Of a DNA stretch of 36,904 bases, positions 9,424 through 22,840 are shown in pieces. Location of the stretch: assembly GCA_000934665.2 (NCBI GenBank), contig JYFJ02006683.1:1-36904 (forward strand), in the 5' to 3' direction. The notes under the pieces are model-generated. The model did not search any database. It was not told the DNA's origin and worked only from the letters and a program-made list of their open reading frames with translations. The position numbers and the translations under genes are program-made. This stretch comes from Catajapyx aquilonaris. Its lineage: Eukaryota. Position 1 is the stretch's first letter. Every line of letters starts with the position of its first letter.

Positions 9424-9800
9424 AGATCAAAGGTGGCCCAGTGGGTCAATTAATGCGATTACAATAATAAATCGCCGAATTTTTTTGTACGCCAATTGCA
9501 ATATGAATACAAACATGTCTGTGTCATTGGAGCCGCGCAGCTTAATTTCTTGGCAAATTAAACCGGAATCAATCAATGGCCGAAGGGTGGGTGGCTTTCT
9601 GTCCCTTTTTTGTTTTTAATTAAGGCTGGCATCAACTCAACTCGTTTGCATCAAGAGGACGTTGTATGTATCCGAGGCCTGGCTTTTTAATTCCTAACTT
9701 GTTATTGGTGGGATAGGGAGAGCGGCTCTGATATTGACAAAGTGGTCCGGATCAAAGGGAGTGCCGGGTTTCCGCTTCCTATTAGAGGCAGACGTTTCAA
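9424..9800. promoter_or_regulatory. Candidate enhancer with two TCF/pangolin sites and many TAAT cores
   Basis: AGATCAAAGG 9424-9433 and GGATCAAAGG 9749-9758 in unique sequence with repeated TAAT/ATTA motifs. Confidence 0.3.
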
Positions 9801-12800
9801 TTATTCGCCTTGTTATTTCCAAACTTCTCGCTCAACTCACACTCAAATGTTTCCTCCACGCGGCTTAGCACCCACCGTCCTGCCACGTTTTTATGTCACC
9901 TTTTAGAAAGCTTCCTCCTTTCCCTTTGTCGCAAGGATGTTTTTGCTGACTGGAACAATGTTGAGGTTCGTGCGGTGAAAACCTCGTTTGTAGTGGAGCA
10001 GGGTCGGAGAATATCTCCACTCTTCCGTTGCACCAGAGATTTTGCATTGCAAAAGTGCATAGGCATCGGGCTGTGATATCTACGGATAGTGTTGCGTTGT
10101 AAAGATCTCATCAATATTGAAAGAACTAAACAGTGTGTTGTAGTTGAAATGTTCGTAATGGTTCGCCATTTTTTGTTGAGGTGTTTATTTTTAAGCAGTT
10201 ACCATTATTTTCAAGGACACTTTTCGGGGCTTTTAAAAAGATTAGCGGCTCCTATTGGGTTGCATGGCATCGACCCTTCAGGCCATAAGTTGTACCATGC
10301 TTTCCATTTTGATCCACTTGCACCTGAGTTCAATGATTGAATCCTGTTTTTTTCTTCAACTTAGACCTTCTTGCATTCGTTTTAAAATATATAGACTAAA
10401 TATATACATATTATTCGCAACTTCTAAAAATGTTATAAAAATTAATAATTATTTTCGTACAGTCTACATTTTCCATTTCGCAAGTCTCATCTTTTGACAT
10501 CCTTTCTTTTCCGTGTATTTAATTTGCATCTACACCGTGGACTTGGCGACATTTAATGTCATTTTTAAAAAATTAAATATTTTCTTTTTGTAGAGCAGTG
10601 CTCATAAATAATTATTCGAGACGCAAAATACTGTAAGGCTACTAGGGTGTCCTGAAATCCTTTTCGCTAAATTCCACGCAAATGCAGTCCTTTTTCCAAA
10701 ATATCGATCACTTCATGTCCAAACAGTAGGGGTACAACTCTACAACAATATTCACGTCCCCGTGTAAAAGCTGTGTAGTGTTTAGCCATAAAGCACTACA
10801 AACAGTAATGACAAACCAAGGCACGCAGAAAATGTCGCCAACTCGAGAAGATACCTGTTGTCTACATAGTGCTTAATCCCCAGGCAAAAACGTTGTAGCT
10901 TGAGTGTATCCTCTGAACTCACGTGCACGATTTTGGCGCAGGAAATGCATGGATACGTGTTGGTAATGCCTGGGTTTTAGTGCTGCATAGCGGAACTCCA
11001 GCTGGCAGCAGATGAAATTCTCCCCGCCGGCTTTCAAAGCATAAAACAAGCGCCCAGGAAGCCTAACATGACCAGGGATAAAGCCCAATGGACGGACTTT
11101 TACGAGGATGTTTCCATTCCCACTCAAGATGGACCACACATAAAAAAGAAAAAACGCCAGACCTTTTATTCACTCACTCGTCGACAAATTGGATCGGTTG
11201 TAAACGATCCTTGTCATTCATAGCTGAGCATTGCGTTGTGATTCTTTTCATGTTTTTCTAACTATTCGTTCTCAATTTTACGGTGCGACACGAATTTTTG
11301 CCAGTCAACGTATAGGGGACAGCCATGGATATTTCCAATGTAAACCACTTTACCTGCTAATTCACTCTAGATTATTTTCCACATTGCTTGCTGCATTGTG
11401 ACTACAGAAAAATAACACTGGATGACACCCATGATATGCTGTATTTTGCTATACAGCAGTGATACAGTGATACTAAAGTCAAAACATTGGAAGAGTATTA
11501 CGACACCAATAGCTTCCAGCTGCGTGACTTATTCACTTAATTCATTACAACTTAATTCATTACAAAAATGTTACAGTATAGCCTGTCCTGATTAAAAGCT
11601 TATACAGTATTCAACCACATATCTAATTTATTACGGTGATCAAATAAAGAAGTGCAGATAAGCTTCCAATTACTGGTACACTATGTGTGCTGTTAATTTG
11701 AAAAGTTATGTGTGTATTATTGTTGTTGTTAAAATATAAGGTATGTCACTGACTACAGAGTTTCTACATTTTTAAATCAAGTGTTCAGGGAAACTGACTA
11801 GAAACAAATAGCAGGGACGAAAAGAAATTTTGATAAAAGCTTTCCGTCGAATGAAAGCAAACACTCCAAAAATAATTATCCCCGTGTTGACTTACTCGTT
11901 AGTATCAGCAAGTCGTAAAATGCTCCAAGTTATGTGAGAATGTATAAGTTTTAATGCAGAATCTATAATAACATCACCTGCGCACGCTTGCTGAAAACGA
12001 GAACTATGAGAACTGTTGGAAAAAGGATGTGAAACAGCAACAGAAATCCTGCAGCCAGCTCTTTCTAGAACAAGTGGCTCGGAAAATCTGTGTTGGGGGC
12101 GGAGGAGTTGAGGTGAGGGTGAGGCAAAATGTAGAGTAGGCCTACAGAGAAGAGAGACTTACTTTTTGCCGAAAAACGGCCTTGTTGCGCTTTCAACAGT
12201 AAATCATGGCGCCCAGATTTTGATCAAATATTGACTCTAGACAACCTTGGCTGTCTTTGGCGCAGAAGGTTCCAAGTCGCGCAGGATAATTTTTGTGGAA
12301 TTTGTAGTACAGTACTTTGCTCCATTTTGTTAGAGGGACGGGTATGCAGTGTCGCAGTCGCCAATTTCAAACGTAGCGATATAACTTAGTAAGTGTAACA
12401 TCAATGAAATCTTTTCCAATCCAATATCGTAAAAGATTGGAGACAGCTTCAAACTGCAGGCCATAAAAAGGCGAATATAGAAATTTTTGCAGAGATGTAA
12501 GTAAAAAGGGTTAATAAAGTGGTATCGCAACGGGCGTGGTAGCCAAAAAATATTAAAGCTCCTGCTAGTCGAATCGGCTTAACTGAACTGTTCCACTTGA
12601 TCCGGATAATCTCTGCCTTGAATTGGAAATCAATTCTTTGCGTCTCGCTTGTTACAAGGGAACATTCAACCTTCATAACAAGCTGCGGACTATCGAGTTA
12701 TAACGGGGTCTCAGAAGTCACAAAACCCTCTGAGGTTTTACCCATGCACGTTAACACTGCAGTGTTGCTGCTGCTAATAATATATTATTATTATAAAAGC

Positions 12801-14474
12801 ATGACATTTAATAAAGTCATCTACATTATGTTTATTCTTAGGACACTTCGTCACAGGCATCGCCAGGAAATAACAACCCTCCGGTCAATTCCTGGAGGGA
12901 GGGGGGGGGGGGAGAGAAACACTGAAGTACACTGAACCCCACGCACATTGAAAATGAGTTGAGAATCGTATTGATGTGCTAGTAAGCGTCTCATAAAAGG
13001 CGTCGAGAGCGTCCCAATAAATTAATTACTCTTTGGCGGTGCCGTGCTCCGGGCGGCTTTTGGATGGGGCCAGGATTATCTTATAATTAGCAAGTCTCTG
13101 ACTTAATCGCTACTACTCCGAATATAAATCAGGAAGGCGACTGTGTGGACACCCCTGGAGGAGCCCAGAGAGGAAGCAATAGGGAAGGGAGGTGGTCATT
13201 TCGATGTCAAACACGAAGTAGGGGACTCAATGTGGCTCAGGAACGAATGTGTGGGTGTGTGGGTCCACCTTTCGGAGGTCCGTTCCTCTAGGGACATGCA
13301 GGACACGGCAGCACAAGAAAGCACTGAAGCCAAGCTCCGAATTTTTTTCCTGGCCTTTAGTATATAACAAGTCGATCGGCAATCCGCGCACGGTACAAAT
13401 CGGGACCGTTTTAAGCTCCGGATTGGACCAGGCTGAATTTTTCCTCAACTGTTCAACTACGGAGGTCACATTTCACGGGATTTGGCTTGGTACCGTACAG
13501 TACCATACGTATACAGTACATACATGTAAGCTATTATAGGTGGCATTATATAGTTAATAATATTGCAAAGTAATTCGCCATTGTTTACTTGCTGGTGTTG
13601 CAGTATTTCAGAACTATGATCAATATGAACAGTGGTATATAAAGTTTTTCAATGGTACGACACCATGTACTATCAACGTATTTTATGGAACAAAAATGTG
13701 TCTCCAATGTTTAAAGTGAAAGGGAGAGATGACACTCGATGAGATAAACGCGGTTATGGCAGAGAGCTAGCAGCTGAGTTTTTGGGGGAAAATCTGGTGT
13801 CATATTTCATAAGGGTGCAGAATCGAAAGGAGCAAAACCCCTAGGCGAAAAGCACAGTTTTGGTATGGGTATGAGGCCCGCTCTGTGAATTATTGCGGCG
13901 GATACAAGACGCCCGCTTCATGCCTAACGTGTGTCCCATTCATTATTTCCCTAGTTCCCAGTACCCCCTCCCCCCCATCCCGCCCTCACACTCCACTACC
14001 TCGCTCCTCTCCCCACAGCCAACACCACCACACCCCTGCAGACCCAGCATAACAAATGTCTTTTTTAGTATTATATTATGGCGGCAGGGAGACCATCAAC
14101 TTGTGTCACAGCTGCGATAACTATGATTAATTGCGTTCTTCAAGTGCCGGTATCGATGCCGAGCTGGGTCGAAAAGGAAGTGGGATACGCGGGTATTCTC
14201 CATCGGGACGCCTCTTGCCAAGCCATACAATGGCGATGACTACCACAAAGTTTTCAAGACATTCATTTTTGTGGCTATAGCCATGACTATATAGCAATGA
14301 CGCGTAGACGTGCCCTAAAACAGCCCAATGTAGGAAGGTAATGTCTCAGTAATCCTTCTGACAAATAAGAAAATGCGAAATGGTTCCACGAGGAGAATAA
14401 AATAGAGCTAACACTTTATAAAGTAGAAAGAGTTCACATGCATATCTTGCTATAGTTCATATACAGTACAGACC

Positions 14475-14476
<2 letters not shown>

Positions 14477-14512
<36 letters not shown>
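14477..14512. repeat. (TAA)12 microsatellite
   Basis: Direct reading. Confidence 0.95.
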
Positions 14513-14513
<1 letters not shown>

Positions 14514-15550
14514 GTACGGTTATGAGTTAATTTAATAAGTCAAAAAGTTAATCAGCGTCTTAAGAAATACTGCCAATATCCGTCATGATGTGCAGTGTAT
14601 ACTTCCTCTAAGTCCTGTGGAATGATCTTCTCCTTCTCCCGTATATATGTGCTCCATCAGGAGCAAAGAAGCACAAACAAGGCTGCTGCGTCCGTGTGGA
14701 CTCGTAAAAGGAGTGCTGGGAAGTCTTTAATTACAATAAATCCGGACTTTGGGCCAAGTGGATTGGGCTCCAGGGACGTGTTCGTCACCACCAACTCGAC
14801 TTATGGCCCGGAGAAAGGCCTAGAATAGCTCTTTTTTTCTGCCAACCAACATGGACCTTACTCGCTAAAAGCTTCGCGTTGTCTTCGGACGTGCATGACG
14901 ACCACATCTTCCTACGACGGAACCATCCGAGGCGAGGGCGCGAAATGCTTTTAAGCATATATATGCTCTAAATACATAATGTTGGCACAGATAGGCCGAT
15001 GCTCTTGCACTGCAGTAATAAATGGGCCGATTTGACTGTAATTAACGCAAAATATTCGGGCTTAACATCCTGGTTTATGATCAGTCATGGTTGAACTCTT
15101 GAAGTGAAAATGTACATAGATCTTATGGAATGAAGGAAAAGAGCTGCAGCCAGCTTTACAGTAGCCTGACCCACTTGACGAAAGGCAAAAGGATCAATAA
15201 ATTAGCGTAACAGCCAAGTTCAGCTCGCTTTCTCCGCCCGTCATGCTAACCTTCGTCAAAACTCGGATACAAAATTCCGGTGCAGCCCCGACTTACAACC
15301 AGTCAACGTGAAACGAATCTCTTTCGACCGCCATTTAGCTACGCTATAACCACTAGAGTTTCACGGCCCGGAACGGAACCCGTTTTCATTCTGATTAGGC
15401 AAAGAACAGAAGCTGGAGGAGGAAAAAGCCTCATCGGTTGAGGAATTCGACCGAGAGTCTGTTGTTAGCACATTTTTAAACCCAGCTTTTTTCATCCAAA
15501 TGAACAATCTATATCTTCTGGATAAAGATGCCTTGGAGTAGGTGACATAT

Positions 15551-15593
<43 letters not shown>

Positions 15594-15936
15594 GTTTTAC
15601 CCCGTGATAGGGCTTTAAGCCCTTGTAGGGGAGTGGCACACCACCGTCAGTTTTCTTGTATATATAATTCCTTCATTCTCCGGTGCAAGGAATCAAGGAA
15701 ATAGGGTAAGGATATGGATTCTTGGGGAGGGGACACGGGTGCAAGCGCATTGTCTCAAATTGGGCCATGTGCAGTCCCCCAGGAGATTAGGTTGTCAGAC
15801 TCCTCCAGTGTGAAGGTCAGAGACCCTTCCGACGCAGGTGAAAGGGAACTCCCCAGGCGGGGATCGAAGGCATCGAACCCGGGACCTTTCACTCAGCAAG
15901 CCGAGACGTTACAATCTCGGCAACTACAGCTCCCCC
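15551..15936 (-). mobile_element. tRNA-derived SINE, family 3 (copy b)
   Basis: Reverse complement begins GGGGGAGCTGTAGTTGCCGAG..TAACGTCTCGGCTTGCTGAGTGAAAGGTCCCGGGTTCGAT and ends in a (TAAA)n tail. TSD AGTA(G/T)GTGACATAT at 15537-15550 and 15940-15953. Confidence 0.9.
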
Positions 15937-17355
15937 AGTAGTATGTGACATATGCACAGAAGGATAATTATGCCCACTTTCGTTTTATAATAACACTTAT
16001 TATTAAAAAATTCGGAATTGATACAGCGCGCAGGTCCGCAAGAGCCGTTAACTGCCGTTTAACGGACGGAGAGCCGACCACGTGACTAGTGCCGCCCATT
16101 GGGAACACTGCCATTGTCACATAACACCCCTGATTAACAATGTTGATGATAAACATTTAAAAAATACTCGTATCTAGGAGGGCTAGCTAACAACGGATTA
16201 AGTGCCTGTTGGTGGAACATGGCATCAAACATGAATCTGGCACCTGCTGGTTTGTCCATTATCCTGGCACTTGACCATGGGAATAATTGGGAATCGAAAC
16301 TAATTTTCCTTTGATCCCTCCTGCAGTTTATCCTGCATGCCCTACAATGCTTAGTGACACATAATAAACGGATTTTGTGCCTATTTGTTCCCTCAGGCCA
16401 CACAAGGCACCGGTGGATAAGTAACCATCTGCAACTGCCCCTCACCCCTCTGCCCCCTCTCTCCTCCTCTTCCCACTTCCGTACCGGACTACAAAGCTGC
16501 CATGCATTTTGTACGGGAGCGAAAAGCGGCACATTTAACGCGTATAAATCAGGGGGGCATTGAAGCGAACGTGAAAAAAAAGAAGAACGGAATTTACATG
16601 CGCACTCCATCGGGGTCAACCTGTGGAAATATGCAAAAAGGGTAGGGCCTGTATGCGTCCCGGCCTTTTTACAGCTCTCCAGGGACAAGGTTTGTGGGCG
16701 TTTTTGGTGCGGTCGACGGGGGGCGTATTTGTCATGTGCGGTGGAAGGTAGGGGTGGGCTGGGTGGACCTCCCAAAGCGTTATTATTTGGGCGGGGGCAC
16801 ATCCTAATGCTGGCCTGCATTCTTCAGGATATTACTACGTCTAATCATTCTTTATTAAACTGCCTTATTATTGATTTCCACTTCTGAAAATCACCGTGAT
16901 GCATGGGTTATGTAAGAACCATAGGGAAACTCTCTGCGCAACAAAGCTTTTAACACATATTTTTGAAAAGTCATTCGCCATTTAATGCGTCCTAAACTCA
17001 TGAAAATACTGACTACAAAGGATGTATTACATGCCGTATACAGACTTAAGATGGTTATATTTTAAGGAAGCTAATATAAGCTAATTCAAAACACTATATC
17101 TAGGAAATCTTGACATAAATATGAAGGTATAATACAGAATTTTTGAGTTTCCAAGAATGTCGAATTCACATGGTCCTGAAATTGGTAGAAAATATACATG
17201 CCCATTTTCGTGCAATGGTTATGACTTATGACAATCCCCCCAGGTAGTTCCAAAAGTTTTATAAGCTTGCTGCATTTAAAATGACAGAATTCTGCGTTTC
17301 CTCTGTTGAAATGTTTGGGTATGTTCAATATTTCAATTACTACAGTGCAGAATAA

Positions 17356-17535
17356 AGCATTGTTTCCACCGGCATAATTTTTGTTCTGGACAAAATGCGA
17401 GCCAGAATATTTTTTTGTTGCTAGCCGATTATTATTAATAAAGTAATAAAGTAATAATAAAGTTTGTTTGATTTTGTGCTCTATTTTTGTGCTTTTCATT
17501 GTGCGCTCAAAAATTATGCCGGTGGAAACAAGGCT
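17356..17535. mobile_element. PIF/Harbinger-type MITE, 180 bp
   Basis: TAA-AGCATTGTTTCCACCGGCATAATTTTTG...CAAAAATTATGCCGGTGGAAACAAGGCT-TAA. Confidence 0.88.
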
Positions 17536-19179
17536 TAACTGTCTAGATCTCTAGACTCAAGAGCACGCATCGTACACATATTGTTATGGAATTTAGCATA
17601 AAACCGTATTAATTGAAATTCCCATTTCCACTCGCTTCTGTCGCCTCACCTTCAGATGTGGGAGGAGTTTACTTATATCATTAAAAACGCCATTTCATGC
17701 GCTTTTCAACAGTAGGCTACATGGATGTTTCCCCGCCAAACACGAAGTCTAGTTCACAGTCAGCATAATTCACATCCCAATTTTGAGACATACGGTACCG
17801 TATAATTACACAACCCTGTATTCGGTATAATTACGTATAATTTTGAGTCTCTAGTGTTGTATAAATAATAAATTAAAAGAATTGCTTGTACAACATTCAT
17901 GTAAGGCAAGACGAAGAACTGTACCTGCTGGTAGTTTAATCCCTGCTGAGTACAGGATGATACTGTGACGCTGTACTGTACCATAACTTAGTAGCTCGCA
18001 GTCTCTCGCTTCAATTCCCAGAGGCCATCATTTGTAATGCTTGAGAGCAATCCAGATAAACGTGATCTGTTGCTCTGGATCTTTTCCGGAGTACAGGGGG
18101 AAAGACAGGAAGGCCAGACACGCACTCATGTGACCCGACTGGAGGAATAAGAAAGACATTTCAACCCGGATATTTAGGCCTCCGGGCAGCAAATACCGAT
18201 GGTGCTTCCTGTCCTTGAATGCCGATTGTGAACTTTGAAAGCACCATGTACTACACAATAACATGCAAATGTGTCTAGTCTGAAAAAAGGCTGAGACAAA
18301 TGTTACAGCGTCCATATGCCGGAGGGAGGTGGGCGCATGGCTGCCTTTTACAAAAGCCCGGCCAGATCTAAATTAATTGCGACGAATTTGACACCATTTG
18401 GGTTACCCAGGCAACCAGGTTAATTAACCCGACATGTACTCGAACAGAGAGAAGCCAAGCAACATGTTGACTGCAACCACAATAGATCCTATATTTAATC
18501 TTTTCTCACCGCTTCCGTTGCCTGATGCTGGAGAGGCGGGAGGAGAGGGAGGGTGGGGAGAGGAGGGGAATTCATGTGAACCACACTCTCCTGGCACATG
18601 CTGAACATTGCGGTTGGGACACGTCATTGGCCGCTGCAGTACCCACTCCAGGCCTCTTGTCAAACGACCACACCACCACGGCAATAATTAGGGGAGAACT
18701 TTTAATTGTTAATCAAGCATATGTAGACGATAACTGATCTAATTTTGTCAAAGGCTGTTGTTTTATACCCTGCAGCCTAATCGTTAATCTGGGCTGCGTT
18801 TAGAGGAAGGTTCAAGAGGGTATGTATGTAGGAAGGAAGAGGACATACTGTTTATGCCACTAAGTAATATTGACTTTTTATCAAGTTTGAGGAACTTTGA
18901 ACCCGAATACCTACTCTCACTAATGCCTAAGCGCAATTTTGGCCCTTTGACGACCTTTTAAAAGTTCTGTAAGGACATTAATTCTGATGGAACACAATTA
19001 AAAGCAGGAAAATGAAACGATTATAAATAAGTTACGACTTTTTTCTTCATTACATCATTAGTAATCAACCTACCGCTTATCTTCTGCAATTAGCGGGACG
19101 TGCTCTTTCAAGAAAGTTGGATGAATTTGGCACAAAATATTGTAACACAGGTTATAATAGTGATAATCCTAGGGATAAT

Positions 19180-19421
19180 TGGACGGTGTTATGCAATAAT
19201 GCGTCAACCCACATGAGAAAGTTTTGAGACAAAGGTCATACCTGTGAAATTAATACAGTGTTCTTTTCGGTCATTTATGGCAGAATTTCACCAGATTTCA
19301 CCAGCGTGATTTTAACTGAATGAAATAGAATCCTTTAGGAGTTTGGGTATAATTATGTTCCTGGGCTTAGCTCAATTTTGACATTTTTGTGGGGTGAGAC
19401 ATTATTGCATAACACCATCCA
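19180..19421. mobile_element. TIR element of unknown superfamily
   Basis: TGGACGGTGTTATGCAATAATGCGTCAACCCACA versus TGTGGGGTGAGACATTATTGCATAACACCATCCA. No TSD resolved. Confidence 0.7.
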
Positions 19422-19570
19422 TGCACAACATTTGTGAGTTAACTTTTCGGTCATTTGGGGCAGAAGTATGCAGATTTCGCCACTTGATTGTAACATTACT
19501 GAATGAAGTAAAATCCTTTGGGTGCATGTTCCTGGGCTTCACTCATTTTGACATATTTGTGGGTTGAACT
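19263..19570 (+). repeat. Diverged direct repeat of about 130 bp (19263-19400 and 19443-19570)
   Basis: Both copies read CTTTTCGGTCATTT..GGCAGAA..CAGATTTC..ACTGAATGAA..AATCCTTT..ATGTTCCTGGGCTT..TTTTGACAT..TTTGTGGG. Confidence 0.8.
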
Positions 19571-19573
19571 TGT

Positions 19574-19647
19574 AAAATGAGAACTTTTCTCTCTCTCGGG
19601 GGTCGCTGTGCCAAACATCAAATCTCATAGAAAAAAGTTCTCATTTT
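19574..19647. repeat. Short inverted repeat
   Basis: AAAATGAGAACTTTT ... AAAAGTTCTCATTTT. Confidence 0.65.
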
Positions 19648-19968
19648 GTTCTTAAGACAATGATAATACTCTCTGAACCACCGAAACAGTAGTGGCTTCT
19701 TGTTCCAGAAGGACCTGTCTGTGTTGTGTTCTGGACAACGTGGAAGAACTTTAGATCTCTCTATGAATTATGAATAAATTACGTGACAAAATTGTTACTG
19801 ATTGTCATGTTACCAATGTTTCAGACACGCCTTTTAATCCCATGTTAAAATTGCCGGGAATAAAATATTTTAAGTTAAATGTCCAATATTAATAGACACA
19901 AATGTCATGTCAGTGTCATGTAGGAGTCATTTGCATATTGCCGAGGTTGGATATCGAGAAATACTGTA

Positions 19969-20068
19969 CTATATCGCTCAAAAAGATAGAGACGATTGGC
20001 ATTTGATTCAAGTGCAAGTTGCACTTGAGTCAAATGCAAAATCGTCTCTATCTTTTTGTGCGATATAG
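19969..20068. mobile_element. 100-bp hairpin MITE flanked by TA
   Basis: TA-CTATATCGCTCAAAAAGATAGAGACGATT...AATCGTCTCTATCTTTTTGTGCGATATAG-TA. Confidence 0.85.
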
Positions 20069-22089
20069 TACCTCGAATAGCAATTGGCCAATTGCTTAGA
20101 CTTACGTTAGATCATTCATTCAATTCTTATGCGATTTTCGACGTATGTGATACGTATACGAATTTGGATAATGAAAATTGATTATGTTGAAGTATTTTCG
20201 ACTTTTTATTTTTTTATTAACTTATGAATATATTGATTGTAATTATGCAGTGATTAGGACAAACCCTTTCACGAAATAACCCATGTTGAACGATATTACC
20301 GCAGCACTCTGGCAGCAATGGCAATGTTGTCTTTTTCTGTAATTGCACATTTTGTAAACACCGAACCTATGATAGGCTACGTTTTCTGGAACATTACACT
20401 CCCTCGTATAAAAATAACAAGGAGTGGGGAAAGACATTTTTAGTTTTCTACTTATCTCCCTGCGGCATTCCACGGATTACAAGCGAGATATATGCGCTGT
20501 CGGTATAAACCAATAGAATTAATTTGGAGCATGTAGCTCACTTCACAAATTTGAAAGTATGATATGGAAAGTCTCCGGCAGGCATATTTACTCTGTGGGC
20601 CGCAAAATCTTTGCATAACCTGTTTACCCACATGAATGAAGCTGAGGGCAGAGGGGAAAAACACATCGGTTGGCTGAAAAATAGCGTCCTCAACAAACAG
20701 AAACAAAACAACAAAAAAATGTAGATCGATATGTATATGCATTTTTACCTGGTGCTGTTTTTGGAGCTCATCTAATCTCAACACGAGTCACAACTGATTG
20801 GAAGGCATCGAATAAAAAAGGGATACTTCCAATGTTAAAGGTGATGGAAGGGAGTAGGAACATTCCAGTTGACGGAACCGGATCCGAATCCGGGCAATTG
20901 AGCCCGGGGGAATCCCCGCAATCGCATGTAGGAGCCTAACAGGGTCGATGCATGATGGGAACGAGACGAGACCCGGAGTTCCTTTCGATTTTAAATGAAG
21001 GCGTCACCGACAGGCAAGATACTAGACACAATCTCATATACGGTTTAAACCTCGGGCGGCCAACATGTTTTGACGTAAGTACAGTGGTCAAGTTGTATCA
21101 AATTATTGCATCTGGGAAATGTTCAAATCCTATGGTGTAGTCCCTACATTACACCAGCAATGGAAGGATGAGGTTTGCCGGGTGATGGCCAAATATGGCA
21201 CCAGCTAGCTAGATAGAGGGGATGCCAATTTGTGTTTTTTTTTTGGTGAAAACTATCTCTTGTATCTAAGAGGTTTTGGATATATCACAAATATTCGCCA
21301 CAACGGAATTTCGCAATCTGTTGTCGAAAACTGGAATAATAAGTTAATATTACGCTTCTCCTAAAAGTGAATAGTAATAACTTATAATTATGTTGTAGTT
21401 GTTTAAATGGTAGTATTAGCTAGTAAGTGTGCTCATTTGGAATGCCCAGATTAAGTAAAGAAGATAGGACGCCTGATGCTCATTACAACCCATCTCGGAA
21501 GTAAATCATAATTACACCTTACAGTTCAAACACCAAAGTTATGTGTATGGTATTGTTGGTGAGTGCGTGATATGTAACCGCACCAATCAAAAAATACAAC
21601 AGCAGCGACCTAGATATAGTTAACCTAGTTCCAACTAATCCCACTGTATCAGTGGTCGCGATTTTCACGAAATTGAAAACTTTTTGCTTTTCACCTTGTG
21701 TGTGCGTTTGCGTGAATTGTTATCGGAGTTTCACGCGAGGAGTAAACGACAGGTTTCGAAAGGTGTTTCGTGCATTTTGCTGCTAGGAGCAATTTAATGC
21801 CCGCCTTGTGAATATGCAGTAGAGGTTTGAGAGAAAATAAGTCTGCCCTTGTTTTGAAAATAACATAGTGAGAGAAAAATCGAACGCGTGAATAGCAAGA
21901 CATTTTGGAGCAAATTTTTGTGAAAATAATATTCACTTATTCTTCTATAACTTACGTGTTTGTGTAAGTCTGATAATCATAACACTAGTGTGTTGTTTGG
22001 ATATTCTGGTACATATGGGGGATTTTCACCGACGAGCCGACCACTTGCTCCCAAGTGATGACAGTCCACATTTAGCACGACAGTTAGGA

Positions 22090-22250
22090 CCAAGGGTAAG
22101 GGTGTAAGACAACGGCTGTGTTCATTCCGAAGAGAAGGCCAGCCGGGGACTGTCTTGGAAGTGACCGCGGAAAACGACAACATACCTCAGTCGGCAGCAC
22201 CGAGAATAAAATCAGGGACCTCCAGAATGGAAGCCTGAGGCTCTAAACGC
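22090..22250 (-). mobile_element. Highly degraded SINE related to the family 1 core
   Basis: Reverse complement GGAGGTCCCTGATTTTATTCTCGG..GACTGAGGTATGTTGTCGTTTTCCGCGGTCACTTCCAAG..CACAGCCG aligns loosely to 27927-28060. Confidence 0.45.
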
Positions 22251-22779
22251 CTAAAATTCAATTAATGGTTTCTGTGTCTAACAGTATTTTAATATTATTT
22301 AAACTGGTTTCAATCATTAAAACAACTTCTAAGCCACTTAACAGGTTTTTAGTTTTTAGAATCAACTCTTAAATGAGTCAATCACTTGATACGGTTTAAT
22401 TGAATTTCTGGATATTTATACATCCATACAGGACGGTATAAGCTATATTTCTTGAAGTCCGACTGATGTTCTGGGTGCATATCCAAAATGTAGGCCATGT
22501 TCCTACAATGACACTTCTAATTCCCATATAACGACTACCCCTAAGTGAAGCTCTATTGACGTCACAGCCTGCAAATATTCCTGTGTGGTATATTTAGCAA
22601 CAGTGAGCAAGCCCTGTGCTCTTTTTCAGGCGGTCTTTTTTTTTGGTTTGCATGCTGACCTGTTAGCGAATCGGCTGAAAAATAGTTTACAGAGCGAGTA
22701 CTGGGATATAATACGGTACACCCACACGCACACGCACACCCTCCCTCCCCCCTCCCCCCCACCCCCCCCCCCCCCCCTN

Positions 22780-22837
<58 letters not shown>
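22780..22837. repeat. (AG)29 microsatellite preceded by a poly-C tract and an N
   Basis: Direct reading. N at 22779. Confidence 0.95.

Positions 22838-22840
<3 letters not shown>

Noticed and set aside
10642..12310. Large DNA transposon bounded by AAATTCCAC / GTGGAATTT
   Set aside because: The inverted match is too short, with no TSD and no transposase remnant.
16134..16820. 228-aa ORF (-)
   Set aside because: No recognisable domain, and it includes low-complexity pyrimidine/purine tracts. Likely a chance ORF.
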